Source: Myxococcales bacterium
GTDB taxonomy: Bacteria; Myxococcota_A; Polyangia; Polyangiales; Polyangiaceae
Assembly: GCA_043747615.1 (NCBI GenBank)
Contig: JAYTOU010000064.1
Coordinates: 31,996-95,995, forward strand
DNA length: 64,000 nt
Reading direction: 5' to 3'
Numbering within the stretch: the first letter of the stretch is position 1; each line of letters begins with the position of its first letter. Below the pieces are notes generated by a model. That model did no database searches and was not told the DNA's origin. It saw only the letters and a program-made list of their open reading frames with translations. Made by a program: the position numbers and the translations under genes. Positions 1 through 8,852 of the stretch are shown here, one piece after another.

Positions 1-303
1 GACGTGGTCTTTAGCTCCAAAGCGGAAAAGGATTTCAAGCGTATCGCCGAGCTCGGCTACGCAATGCTTCCGATTTGCATGGCGAAGACCCAGCTCTCGC
101 TCACCGACGACCCAGCGATCGCGGGACGTCCGCGGGACTTCGTGGTGACGGTGCGCGAGGTTCGCTTGAGCGCCGGCGCCGGTTTCCTCGTTCCGCTCAC
201 CGGGGACATGATGACCATGCCGGGCCTTCCGAAAGTTCCCGCCGCGCGCAACGTAAAGCTTCTTGCATCCGGCGAAATCAAAGGCCTGATGCAAAACGAC
301 TAG
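1..303 (+). CDS. fhs: Formate--tetrahydrofolate ligase, C-terminal fragment (gene begins before the window)
   Basis: LPICMAKTQLSLTDDP and SAGAGFLVPLTGDMMTMPGLPKVPAA match the conserved FTHFS C-terminus; frame is open from position 1. Confidence 0.93.
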   Translation, partial: DVVFSSKAEKDFKRIAELGYAMLPICMAKTQLSLTDDPAIAGRPRDFVVTVREVRLSAGAGFLVPLTGDMMTMPGLPKVPAARNVKLLASGEIKGLMQND

Positions 304-325
304 TCCGACCTTCGGCCTGAGCTTT

Positions 326-2467
326 TCAGGGCGGAGCGGGTGCAAGAGACGCGCTCGGCACCGGCGTCGTCAGGCTGTCCGTGGCCGAAGGAAGGTGGAT
401 GGTGAACGTCGTTCCCGCTCCGGATTGTGTTTGCACGTCGATCGTACCGCCGGCGTTTTGCACGATGCTCTGACTGATCGCCAGGCCGAGTCCAGTCCCC
501 TGCTCCTTCGTCGTGAAGAACGGGACGAACAAGTTCTTGAGCACCTTTTGATTGATGCCCGGTCCGGTGTCACGCACCGAGACCTCCACGAACTCCGACT
601 CCGGGTTCGACCATGTCCCCGAGTCCGGGCGAGAACCGCGCTCGCTCGCCGGACCTCCGCCCCAATGCCCGCGGATCATCCGGCGCTGGGTGCTCACCGT
701 GATTCGTCCGTGACCGTCCATCGCTTGAATGGCGTTTTGAACCAGGTTGATGAGGACCTGGCGAAATTGCTCCGGATCGATCTTCGCGCGCGGAACGTTC
801 TCGGCGAGATCGAGCTGCACCTCCAGCGCCTCGGCCTGCTGACTCGACAGAATCTGGATGGTGCGTCTCACGGCGGCGTTGATGTCGAGGGGGATTGGGT
901 TTCCGGCGTGCGGCCGGGCATAGTCGAGGAAGCTTCCGACCACGCGATTGAGGCGATCGACTTCTTCGAGAATGATGCCGATGAACTCTCGCGACGACGG
1001 ATCGTTCGGCGGCGCGCCGACCTGAACTTCTTCGAGAAGCTGAGCGGCTCCCTTGATCGCACCGAGAGGATTTTTTACCTCGTGCGCCAAGCCCGCGGCC
1101 ATCGCTCCGAGGGCGGCGAGGCGGTCACGCTCCTTCATTCGTCGGTAGATCCGGCTGTTGGCAATGGCCACACCGATCTGTGCGGCCACGGTCTCGAGCA
1201 GCGTGATCTCTTCGGGGGTGAAGGCGTCGCGCACGCGATCGTCCGCTACGCAGATGATGCCGATGAGTGAGCCTTCGTCACCTTTCACGGCGAGGAGGAC
1301 CGAGCTGAGGTGCGCGCCAAGGGTGGCCGCGGCGGCGGTGAGCAGCGGCGCTTCGACCTCCTTCGACTCGCGTGCGACCTCTTCGAGCGAGAGCGAGCCC
1401 AAGGTGTGAATGCGGTCGAGCAGGGGGCGAGCGGGAAGGGATTCGATACGTTTGGCTGGGGACACTCCGATGGATCCCACGAGGTCGAATCCGTCGCCAT
1501 CTTGATCGCGGAGATAGACCGCGCACGACGTCATGCGATGCGAGCGCTCGAGCCCGGCGATGAGAGTCTCGGTCATCTCGTCGATCTCGAGGACGTGCGA
1601 GAGCCTTCGGCGAAGATCGGCGACGCTGGTCTCGAGGTCGTATCTCTCGCGAAAGAAAAACTGATGCATCCGTTTTTCGACTTCGGTCTGAAGCGGCTCG
1701 AAGAGGACGAGAAAGACGATCGCCGCGAGGACGGCGTTCAAGTACATCGTGTTGAACCGGCCGACGTACGTCACGAAGACATAGAAAATGCCGGCGAGTG
1801 AGAAGGCAAGAGCCGTGGCCACGAGAAGGCGACCGGCGAGCTCGTAGAGATCGGCGAGGCGCGGACGCGCAAGCGATTCCGCGAGCACGAAGAGAAATAG
1901 GATGGAGAGCACCGCTCCAATCGGCGGCAGATACACGCCGAGAAAAGAGAGGAAATCGGCCATCGTGAAGGTCATCGCCGCGGCGCCGACCCAGAACAGA
2001 AAGCGCACGCGATCGCGGACGGCGCGCGACGGACTCTCTCTTCCGCGAAGGGCGAGGGTGATGAGCGCCGCGGCGAGGAGGCCGAACACGTAGAAGTAGA
2101 CCAGGCCGAGCGCGAGCGGCGCCTCGTGGTAGGGCGAGAGCTCCAGCGCGAGCACCGGGATGCCCATCGCCGTCGCCACTTTGGTCAGTCGCGAAGGAGG
2201 GTGGCCTTTTTCGAGCGGGACGATCGCTTGGAAGAGGTGAACGGCGAACTGCGGAAGAAGCGCGGTGAGCACCGACTCTGCGCGCACCCAGATCGCCGCC
2301 TGGAAGAGGCCGTAAAGAGACTGGCTCGCGTACCAGAGCCCGAGCTCCGCTGCGAAGGCCGCAAACAGCCAGTGGACCGAACGCCGACCGCGCAGGAGCA
2401 TCGACGCGGCGATGGCCACCGCGAGGACTGCACAAAAGAGGGTTGTTCGGGGGCGGAGGTCCTCCAC
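326..2467 (-). CDS. Membrane sensor histidine kinase (multi-TM N-terminus, GAF, HisKA, HATPase; PrsK-like architecture)
   Basis: About 8 hydrophobic segments, GAF-like region ending LLETVAAQIGVAIAN, H-box AAGLAHEVKNPL, N-box NLVQNAIQA, DTGPGI, FVPFFTTK, GTGLGLAI. Confidence 0.92.
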   Translation of the reverse strand: MEDLRPRTTLFCAVLAVAIAASMLLRGRRSVHWLFAAFAAELGLWYASQSLYGLFQAAIWVRAESVLTALLPQFAVHLFQAIVPLEKGHPPSRLTKVATAMGIPVLALELSPYHEAPLALGLVYFYVFGLLAAALITLALRGRESPSRAVRDRVRFLFWVGAAAMTFTMADFLSFLGVYLPPIGAVLSILFLFVLAESLARPRLADLYELAGRLLVATALAFSLAGIFYVFVTYVGRFNTMYLNAVLAAIVFLVLFEPLQTEVEKRMHQFFFRERYDLETSVADLRRRLSHVLEIDEMTETLIAGLERSHRMTSCAVYLRDQDGDGFDLVGSIGVSPAKRIESLPARPLLDRIHTLGSLSLEEVARESKEVEAPLLTAAAATLGAHLSSVLLAVKGDEGSLIGIICVADDRVRDAFTPEEITLLETVAAQIGVAIANSRIYRRMKERDRLAALGAMAAGLAHEVKNPLGAIKGAAQLLEEVQVGAPPNDPSSREFIGIILEEVDRLNRVVGSFLDYARPHAGNPIPLDINAAVRRTIQILSSQQAEALEVQLDLAENVPRAKIDPEQFRQVLINLVQNAIQAMDGHGRITVSTQRRMIRGHWGGGPASERGSRPDSGTWSNPESEFVEVSVRDTGPGINQKVLKNLFVPFFTTKEQGTGLGLAISQSIVQNAGGTIDVQTQSGAGTTFTIHLPSATDSLTTPVPSASLAPAPP

Positions 2468-2493
2468 CTTACAGGTGCGTCCTTACGGATGCT

Positions 2494-2868
2494 TCAGCGA
2501 GACTTGATGGCTTCGGACGAGCCGCGCCACGGGGACGGATCCGGCTCGTTTGGGCCGCCAACCGTGACGTTGTCGGCCTTCCACGGGGAAGGATCTGGCT
2601 CGTTTGGTCCTCCGGTCATGACCGGAGCACCGGGATCGACCGCCGGCGGAGCCCCCTTGTTCTGTTGGCCAGCGGGTGCACTTGGCGGCGTGGGATCGGA
2701 GGGCGAGGCCACACTCAGTCGATCGGTCTTCGACCCGGTCGCCTCGTCGGCCGTCCCCGTTTGTATGGCGCACCCTTCGGCGAGAAGAAGTGCGGCGGCG
2801 GCCCATCCCAAAGCAATGGCTCTCATGGCGTTCATGACTCTCATGGTGTTGACGACTGAAGGCCTCAT
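2494..2868 (-). CDS. Small predicted lipoprotein (~124 aa) with tandem GGPNEPDPSPW motif
   Basis: ATG at 2868 overlaps the upstream TGA (TGATG); further in-frame Met codons follow, so the start is uncertain. Hydrophobic stretch plus lipobox-like LAEGC, Pro-rich linker, two identical 11-aa motifs. Confidence 0.75.
   Translation of the reverse strand: MRPSVVNTMRVMNAMRAIALGWAAAALLLAEGCAIQTGTADEATGSKTDRLSVASPSDPTPPSAPAGQQNKGAPPAVDPGAPVMTGGPNEPDPSPWKADNVTVGGPNEPDPSPWRGSSEAIKSR
2527..2613 (-). repeat. Two 33-nt coding repeats, 54-nt period, each encoding GGPNEPDPSPW
   Basis: Copies at 2527-2559 and 2581-2613 differ at 4 positions, all synonymous third codon positions. Confidence 0.92.
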
Positions 2869-5800
2869 CACGAGACCTCCGACACGGCCGCGAGGCCGTA
2901 CTGTTTTACGAGCTGTGACAACCGCGGTCGTTTCATTCCGAGAAGCGCTGCCGCCCGCGTTATGTTCCCCTTGGTCTCGGCCAAGGCGCGCGCGATGCAA
3001 TCTCGTTCGATTTGACGTTTCAAATCCGAAAGAGACACAGCTCCCTGGCGGACGCACGCATACGCAACGGCCGTGGCGCCTGCCTCGCCCGCAGGAAGGG
3101 CACCGCCGAAGTCGGCGAACGGAAGCTCGTCGGCGCTGTCCGCTGCGCCGGAGCTGGGTGCGTCCGCGCTCTCGACGGCGACGTCATTCGAAGGTTCGGA
3201 CTGCCCGAGCTCCGAGGACGGCGCCGGCGGGATGAAGCTCGGACGGGACGCGATCCGCAGATCGTCGACGTTGTCGGTGAGGTCGCTCACCGAAATGACG
3301 GGAGACTCGGCGAAGAGGGCGGCTGCGCGGAGCGCATTCTCGAGCTCACGGACGTTGCCGGGCCAGCGGTGCCGGCCGAGAAGCTCAAGGGCACCGGCGG
3401 AGAGCGACTTCGCTTCTTCGCCGCGCTCTTGCGCGATCCGGGTGAGAAGATTTTCGCTGATGCGCGGAAGATCGCCCATTCGCGCTCGAAGCGCCGGGAC
3501 TTCGAGGGTGATCCCGCGAAGGCGGTAGTAGAGATCCTCGCGGAAGTCGCCGCGCTCGACCATGCCGCGGAGATCCCGGTGGGTGGCGCAGACGATGCGA
3601 ACGTTGGCGCGGATGGCGGTGGTGCCGCCGACGCGTTCGAACGTGCGCTCCTGAAGAACGCGGAGCAGCGCGACCTGCGTGCGGGGCGAGATGTCTCCGA
3701 TTTCGTCGAGGAAGAGCGTTCCACCCTCGGCGAGCTCGAAGCGCCCGCGGCGGCGCGCGGCTGCACCGGTGAAGGCGCCTTTCTCATGACCGAAGAGCTC
3801 GGACAGGAGGAGCGTCTCGACGAGCGCGGCGCAGTTGACGGTGACGAGCGGCCCGGCAGCGCGCTCGCTCGCCCGGTGGAGTGCTTCGGCGACGAGCTCT
3901 TTGCCGGTGCCGCTCTCGCCGCGGATGAGGACCGTGCTGTCTGCTCGGGCGACCTTCCGGATCGCACTGAGGAGGCCGCGGATTGCCGGATCGTCGCCAA
4001 TGAGCTCGCGGCTCGTAGAAGAGGGATAGAGCGAGGGGCGCTGCTCGCGAGAGACGGGAAGGATGCGGGACACTCCCTCTTCGTCGCAGGCATCTGGGCC
4101 GGCATCGGGGGTCGTTCCGCAGAGAGTGCCCGGAGGACGGGTGAGAACGGAGACGTCGCGGCGCGCAAGGAACGCCTCGCGAACTTCGCCGGAGAGGACG
4201 GCGGCCACTTGATCGCGGAGGGCGATGGCCTGATCGAGATGTGCGCGCGCGAGATCGACGTTGGATCCCGGGGCCGCAAGCGAGCGGTAGATCTCGAAGA
4301 GAAGAACGTGCGCTTCGCGGAGCAGCTCTTCTTCGCCAACGCTGCGCGCGAGAGCCAACGCTTCGATGGCGCCGCGGACGTCGAGCTCGCCGGCCGCACG
4401 TGCATGAACTGCCGTCAGGTAGGCCACTTCGGCGCGCGCGGCCTCGGTGCTGGCAAAGCTTTTGGCGCGGGTGAGCGCTTCGTTCGCTCGGGCAAGATCC
4501 CCGTCTTCGAGGGCGACACGAGTAGCAACCCGGTACGCCTCGCTCGCGACCTTGTTGCGGTGCGCGGATGTTTCGCCGTCGACGATCGCGCGGGTGACTT
4601 CTCGCCGCGCTTCGACGGTGTTCCCGCGGTAGAGCGCGAGGCGCGCGGCGACGATGCTGAAACGCGCCGAGGTGTGGTGCGGCATGCCCGGGCCGATGGT
4701 CCGTCGACCGAAGGAAATGGCGTGATCGGCGTGCTCGAAGAGCCCGAGCTTGAAGCGCAGCTCCGAGAGGTTCGCGAGAATGAGCGCGGTGCGCAACCGA
4801 TCGCCGAGGCGCTGGCGAAGCTTGAGAGCCCGCTCGAAGAGATTGAGCGCCGATCCGTACTCGTGACGCCACATGGCCACGACCGCGAGGTTTTCGAACG
4901 CGAATGCACAGGCGTGAGCCTCGCCGATGCGCTCGCCCTCCTTGAGGACGTCGTCGAAGATGGAACGCGCTTCGTCGAGCAAACCCTTCGAGAGGAGGGC
5001 GATACCCCGATTGAGGCGCGCGCGGAGCTCGGCCGACACTTCACCAGATGACGAGGCCGTCCACGCATCTTCGGCGAAATGGCGATCGGCTTCGTCCCAC
5101 TTCGCTTGTGCGAGAAGGATCTTGCCGAGAATATTACGGGCACGTAGCAGCGTGGAGGGCAATGTTCCCGAGCGCAGAGCGACGTTGGCTTCTTGCGATG
5201 CATCCTCGAGCAGACCGGTGAGGTAGCCGACCTCGGAGAGCTCGACCGCGATGAGCGCGCTTGTCTCGCTCGTGTCCGGCGCGTTGCCGCCGGCGGCAAG
5301 CACGGTGCGGGCGCGTTCGAGCGCCACCTTCGCCGTGACGAGATCGCCGGTGGCGACCGCGCTCTGACCAAGAAGGAGCATGACCGCCGCGCTGGCAGGG
5401 GCGAGGGTCGTCGCCGACTGGGCCCAGCGGTAGGCTTCGTCAGCTTCGCCCGCGGCGAGAGCGCGCTCACCGGCACGCACCCGAAGCGGGAGCTGGAGGG
5501 AAACATCGAGCGCATCAACGGCCGTGCGCCACCGCGACACGATCTCGCGGCGCGCTAGCGGATCATGCGTGCGCGTCAGCGCTTGGGCGTGGGCTTCGTC
5601 GCCAGCGTCGCACTGGGCTGCTCGAAGGAGGAGCTCGCCAGCGCGCGCGCGAGCCCAGGGATCTTCCGGGTAGCTGCGGAGGAGCGCATGGGCGACGTCG
5701 TTGCAAGTCTCGGCAGACGCGCGGGCTGCGGCATCGCCGGCGCGATCGTCCCACGCGGGCAACATGGCCAAAAACCCGCGATCCGACTGGATGGCAGCGA

Positions 5801-6617
5801 CCCGAAGAAGCGCCGAAACTGCGGCTTTGCCGCTTTTGAGAGCAACGATGTCGGCGGCAGGCCATGCGCGTTGGGCAAGCGCGAGGGCGGTGAAGAGGTA
5901 CTCGCCGTCGTCGGGGATCGGTTCCCGCCGCTGGTCGCGTTCAGGGGGAGCGCTTTGTGTAGCCGTCCACCAATCTTCGAGGGTCGCCAGGTCGTCGCAA
6001 GGGAGAACCGCGTGAGACTCTTCCGCGGTCGCGGCGAACCAGCGCTTCTTATCGCTGGCGACGAGGGTCGACACGATCTCGTAGACGTCGCAGGGCGCAA
6101 CGCCGGCTGCGTCGAGATCGAGGGCGTCGTCTCTCGAGCTTGTGGTGAAAACGAGAAGCGGCGTCGCACTGCCGGATGCCGCGAGCCGGCAGAGCTCGAC
6201 AGCTACAGCGCGATCCCACGTTCCGGCGAGAGGGAGGAGAGCAACGATCGCCGTCGGGCGCGCTTTGCTTCCGGCGACGATTTGTTCCGCACAAGCGCGG
6301 GCCTCGCTCGTCAGGTTGCCAGCGAGGCCGAGCTTCGCGGCGACTTCCTGCCAAAGAGGCGCGCCGGCTTGCGACCGAGCAAAAATCGCTTGAAAACCCA
6401 AAGCTGCGAGCCTTCGCGCGGCGTGCGCGCCAACGGCCCGTGCGACATCTGCCGACGAGGCCCGAGCCACCACGACGCCGCCGAGCTCCGCCATCGGAGC
6501 TTGCGACGGGCCGCGCGCGAGGCGTTCGTCCAGCTCACCAAAACCGCCGGGATCCTTTGCGGGATTCTTGGCCGTGACCGGTAGGCCCGCAAGCGTAGCT
6601 AGGTAAGACGTGGCCAA
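2868..6617 (-). CDS. Large sigma54-dependent enhancer-binding protein with TPR-like region, AAA+ and Fis-type HTH
   Basis: Walker A GESGTGKE, ESELFGH-like SELFGHEKGAFTGA, Walker B LFLDEIG, WPGNVRELEN, C-terminal GNITRAAALLG. Long helical TPR-like repeats upstream; no receiver domain seen. TTG start uncertain. Confidence 0.92.
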   Translation of the reverse strand: MATSYLATLAGLPVTAKNPAKDPGGFGELDERLARGPSQAPMAELGGVVVARASSADVARAVGAHAARRLAALGFQAIFARSQAGAPLWQEVAAKLGLAGNLTSEARACAEQIVAGSKARPTAIVALLPLAGTWDRAVAVELCRLAASGSATPLLVFTTSSRDDALDLDAAGVAPCDVYEIVSTLVASDKKRWFAATAEESHAVLPCDDLATLEDWWTATQSAPPERDQRREPIPDDGEYLFTALALAQRAWPAADIVALKSGKAAVSALLRVAAIQSDRGFLAMLPAWDDRAGDAAARASAETCNDVAHALLRSYPEDPWARARAGELLLRAAQCDAGDEAHAQALTRTHDPLARREIVSRWRTAVDALDVSLQLPLRVRAGERALAAGEADEAYRWAQSATTLAPASAAVMLLLGQSAVATGDLVTAKVALERARTVLAAGGNAPDTSETSALIAVELSEVGYLTGLLEDASQEANVALRSGTLPSTLLRARNILGKILLAQAKWDEADRHFAEDAWTASSSGEVSAELRARLNRGIALLSKGLLDEARSIFDDVLKEGERIGEAHACAFAFENLAVVAMWRHEYGSALNLFERALKLRQRLGDRLRTALILANLSELRFKLGLFEHADHAISFGRRTIGPGMPHHTSARFSIVAARLALYRGNTVEARREVTRAIVDGETSAHRNKVASEAYRVATRVALEDGDLARANEALTRAKSFASTEAARAEVAYLTAVHARAAGELDVRGAIEALALARSVGEEELLREAHVLLFEIYRSLAAPGSNVDLARAHLDQAIALRDQVAAVLSGEVREAFLARRDVSVLTRPPGTLCGTTPDAGPDACDEEGVSRILPVSREQRPSLYPSSTSRELIGDDPAIRGLLSAIRKVARADSTVLIRGESGTGKELVAEALHRASERAAGPLVTVNCAALVETLLLSELFGHEKGAFTGAAARRRGRFELAEGGTLFLDEIGDISPRTQVALLRVLQERTFERVGGTTAIRANVRIVCATHRDLRGMVERGDFREDLYYRLRGITLEVPALRARMGDLPRISENLLTRIAQERGEEAKSLSAGALELLGRHRWPGNVRELENALRAAALFAESPVISVSDLTDNVDDLRIASRPSFIPPAPSSELGQSEPSNDVAVESADAPSSGAADSADELPFADFGGALPAGEAGATAVAYACVRQGAVSLSDLKRQIERDCIARALAETKGNITRAAALLGMKRPRLSQLVKQYGLAAVSEVS

Positions 6618-6623
6618 GCCCAG

Positions 6624-6651
6624 ACCATACCTCGGATCAGAACCGGTTCAA
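6624..6651 (-). promoter_or_regulatory. Possible sigma70-type promoter for the activator operon
   Basis: Minus strand reads TTGAAC-N16-TATGGT, downstream of an A/T-rich tract in the 6618-6745 gap. Confidence 0.3.
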
Positions 6652-6745
6652 GTGTCGGCAGAACGTTTTTCCCGAAAAAACAAGGGTGTTTCGCGCGCGA
6701 ATTGGCACGAAAACTCTCCGCTCAAAGCACCGGCAAAAAGACGTA

Positions 6746-7588
6746 TCAGAAGCTCGGTTTTCGAGTGGCGTTGAGGATTTTTTCAATGTCATCGAAGCCG
6801 GTCGAGGGACCCTCCCCAATTTGGCGCGCCAGGGGGAGCTGCGCGAGCCCCGAGGCAACGAAGAGGGGGACGGCCTCCGGAACGCGCGCTTCGAGGATGG
6901 CGAGGTGCTTGGCGATAGCCACGGGATCTCCGCGCCGAACCGGTCCGGTCAGCGCTTGGGGAAATCCGAGCGCGCTCACGTTGTCGGCGACGCTGCGGAG
7001 GAGCGGTCCGAGCATGAGCGGCGCGGTGGCCTCGTCGACTCCAGCCTGCGCGAGGATCTTTGCTCCGAGCGCAGCGAGGGCCGCGGCTCCGTTGGCGACG
7101 AGACCGGCGGCCGCGTGGTAACCGATCGGGTCGAGCTTGGGAAAGGTGCGCGGTGTCATTCCAAGGCTTGAAACAAGCTGTTTCGCGCGTTTGACGGCGG
7201 CGTCGTCTCCCTTGACGTGAACGTGCCCTCCCTCGAGCCGCGGCGGATGCGCGTGGGACGCAAAGGAGATCATCGGGTGCATCTGCGCGACGCCGGCGCA
7301 CACGGCGCGCAACGGGGCAAGCGCCTCGGCATCGAGGGCGCCGGCAACGTGGACACACGCTGTGGCCCTTCCGACGAGTCCCTTTTTTGCAAGCTCCGTC
7401 GCAAGCGGAAGGATGTCCCGATCGCGCACGGCGATGATCAGGAGATCCGCGTCGATCGGCTTCTTCGGAAGCCCTTTTCGCGCCGCGCGGAGCTGCGCTT
7501 TTCCTCCGGCTTTGCGAATGGCCCGGGCGAGCGCGTCGCCGACTTTCCCCGCCCCCAGGATGAACGTCGTCGGAGGTCGCTTAGGCAT
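6746..7588 (-). CDS. Rossmann-like / DUF2520 oxidoreductase (PanG-like ketopantoate reductase family)
   Basis: ILGAGKVG nucleotide-binding motif, MHPMISF, YHAAA..AN, ALTGPVRRGD; ATG at 7588 overlaps the end of nadD. Confidence 0.82.
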   Translation of the reverse strand: MPKRPPTTFILGAGKVGDALARAIRKAGGKAQLRAARKGLPKKPIDADLLIIAVRDRDILPLATELAKKGLVGRATACVHVAGALDAEALAPLRAVCAGVAQMHPMISFASHAHPPRLEGGHVHVKGDDAAVKRAKQLVSSLGMTPRTFPKLDPIGYHAAAGLVANGAAALAALGAKILAQAGVDEATAPLMLGPLLRSVADNVSALGFPQALTGPVRRGDPVAIAKHLAILEARVPEAVPLFVASGLAQLPLARQIGEGPSTGFDDIEKILNATRKPSF

Positions 7589-8135
7589 TCGCGTAGAGCT
7601 TGTGACAGCGAACGTGGGCGAGCACGGCGCGCGGCAAAAGCTGCTCGAGCTCGTGCCAAGCTTCGGAGGCGATCTTCGAGCGCACCTCGGTGCTCGAGAG
7701 CGAAGGCAAAAGCGGCGGAGGAAAGCCCGGACCCTCGACGCCGACGCGCCCAAGCACGATGGGCGGCGCGAGCTTTTTGATCTCGTCGAAGCGGAACCAC
7801 TTCGGAGATTCGAGGAGAAGGTCGGCACCCATCACCAGACGAAGCTTCCAGGAGGGGTTCTGTAGCTGCAGGTGCTCGAGCGTGCGCAGCGTCCGACTCT
7901 CGCCCCCGAGTGACTCTTCCACCCGCGAGACTTCCACGCGCGGAAGCCACCCCATCGCAAGCTCACTCATGATCACGCGCTCGTCGTACGGAGCGAGGCT
8001 CTTTGCAAAGGGATGCATGAACGTCGGGACGACGAGGAGGCGATCGACCTCGTGTGTAGCCAAGACCAGGCTTGCGGCGAGGACGTGCGAGATGTGCGGA
8101 GGGTTGAAGCTTCCGCCGAAGACGGCGACGATCAC
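7581..8135 (-). CDS. nadD: Nicotinate-nucleotide adenylyltransferase
   Basis: FGGSFNPPHISH (HxGH-like), MGAD, SSTEVR. Confidence 0.92.
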   Translation of the reverse strand: MIVAVFGGSFNPPHISHVLAASLVLATHEVDRLLVVPTFMHPFAKSLAPYDERVIMSELAMGWLPRVEVSRVEESLGGESRTLRTLEHLQLQNPSWKLRLVMGADLLLESPKWFRFDEIKKLAPPIVLGRVGVEGPGFPPPLLPSLSSTEVRSKIASEAWHELEQLLPRAVLAHVRCHKLYANA

Positions 8136-8752
8136 GCGCCCCCTTGCACGCGCAGCTTCGTCGGCTTTGGGAGAGCGAGGATCTCGGTCGCTCGCAAATT
8201 TCCTGAGACGTCGAAGAGCTTCGCGTGGATCTCCGCTTCGGAGTCGTCGAGCACGATGACGCCTCCGTTCGGGCCGAGCGGCCCGGGTGTGACGAACCAG
8301 CGGGCGCCGATCTTCTTGATGAGCGGGCCGTCGCTCTTTCCATAAATGAGAATGTTTGCGGCGAAGATGTCTTCTTCGTCGAGCAGCCCCTTGTCGAAAA
8401 TCAGCACCGCGACGCGATCACCCACCATCTCCATCGTTCGCAGGATGCGATGCGGAAGGCTCTCGAGTGAGCGCAGCCGCAGGCGGGTTCGCTCGGCGGT
8501 GACGAACAGGTCGATCTCAGCAGGCGCCCCTTGCTTCGCTAGTTTTGCTGCTCTCCCCCACGCAGCGTCGTCGGTCGGATCGTTTCCCACGAGGCGCCTT
8601 GCCCAATTCTCGACGGCGGCCTCCAGCGCTCCATCCGCACCGAGGTAGATCACCCGATTGACGGTCTGTCGCGTGAGGAGAAAGTCGGACGCCTGCTCGA
8701 CGACGCTCGGGGTCGAAGCGTCCGGCAGTGGTCCGAGAAGCCCAAGTCGCAC
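8132..8752 (-). CDS. Hypothetical protein (possibly degenerate metallophosphoesterase-like fold)
   Basis: GTG start giving VRLGLLG...VIYLG; stop overlaps nadD start; typical codon usage. Start uncertain. Confidence 0.6.
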   Translation of the reverse strand: MRLGLLGPLPDASTPSVVEQASDFLLTRQTVNRVIYLGADGALEAAVENWARRLVGNDPTDDAAWGRAAKLAKQGAPAEIDLFVTAERTRLRLRSLESLPHRILRTMEMVGDRVAVLIFDKGLLDEEDIFAANILIYGKSDGPLIKKIGARWFVTPGPLGPNGGVIVLDDSEAEIHAKLFDVSGNLRATEILALPKPTKLRVQGGA

Positions 8753-8852
8753 GGCTCCGAGTGTCACGAGCGGCGAGGGTATTGTCAAACCACTCCCTCC
8801 CGAACGGAGACAACAAGGGAGTAGACTCTGATTCTCGGAGAAAAATGCCCTG

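Noticed and set aside
2494..2868. Classical RiPP biosynthetic cluster around the repeat peptide
   Set aside because: No modifying enzyme, peptidase or transporter is adjacent; kept only as a signalling or precursor hypothesis.
3012..5051. 679-aa plus-strand ORF and many similar long antisense ORFs
   Set aside because: Shadow frames of real genes in GC-rich DNA, with no recognisable motifs.
6703..6717. Sigma54-like TGGCACG element near the activator
   Set aside because: The -12 position reads CTCT rather than TTGC, and it points away from the activator, antisense into the DUF2520 gene.
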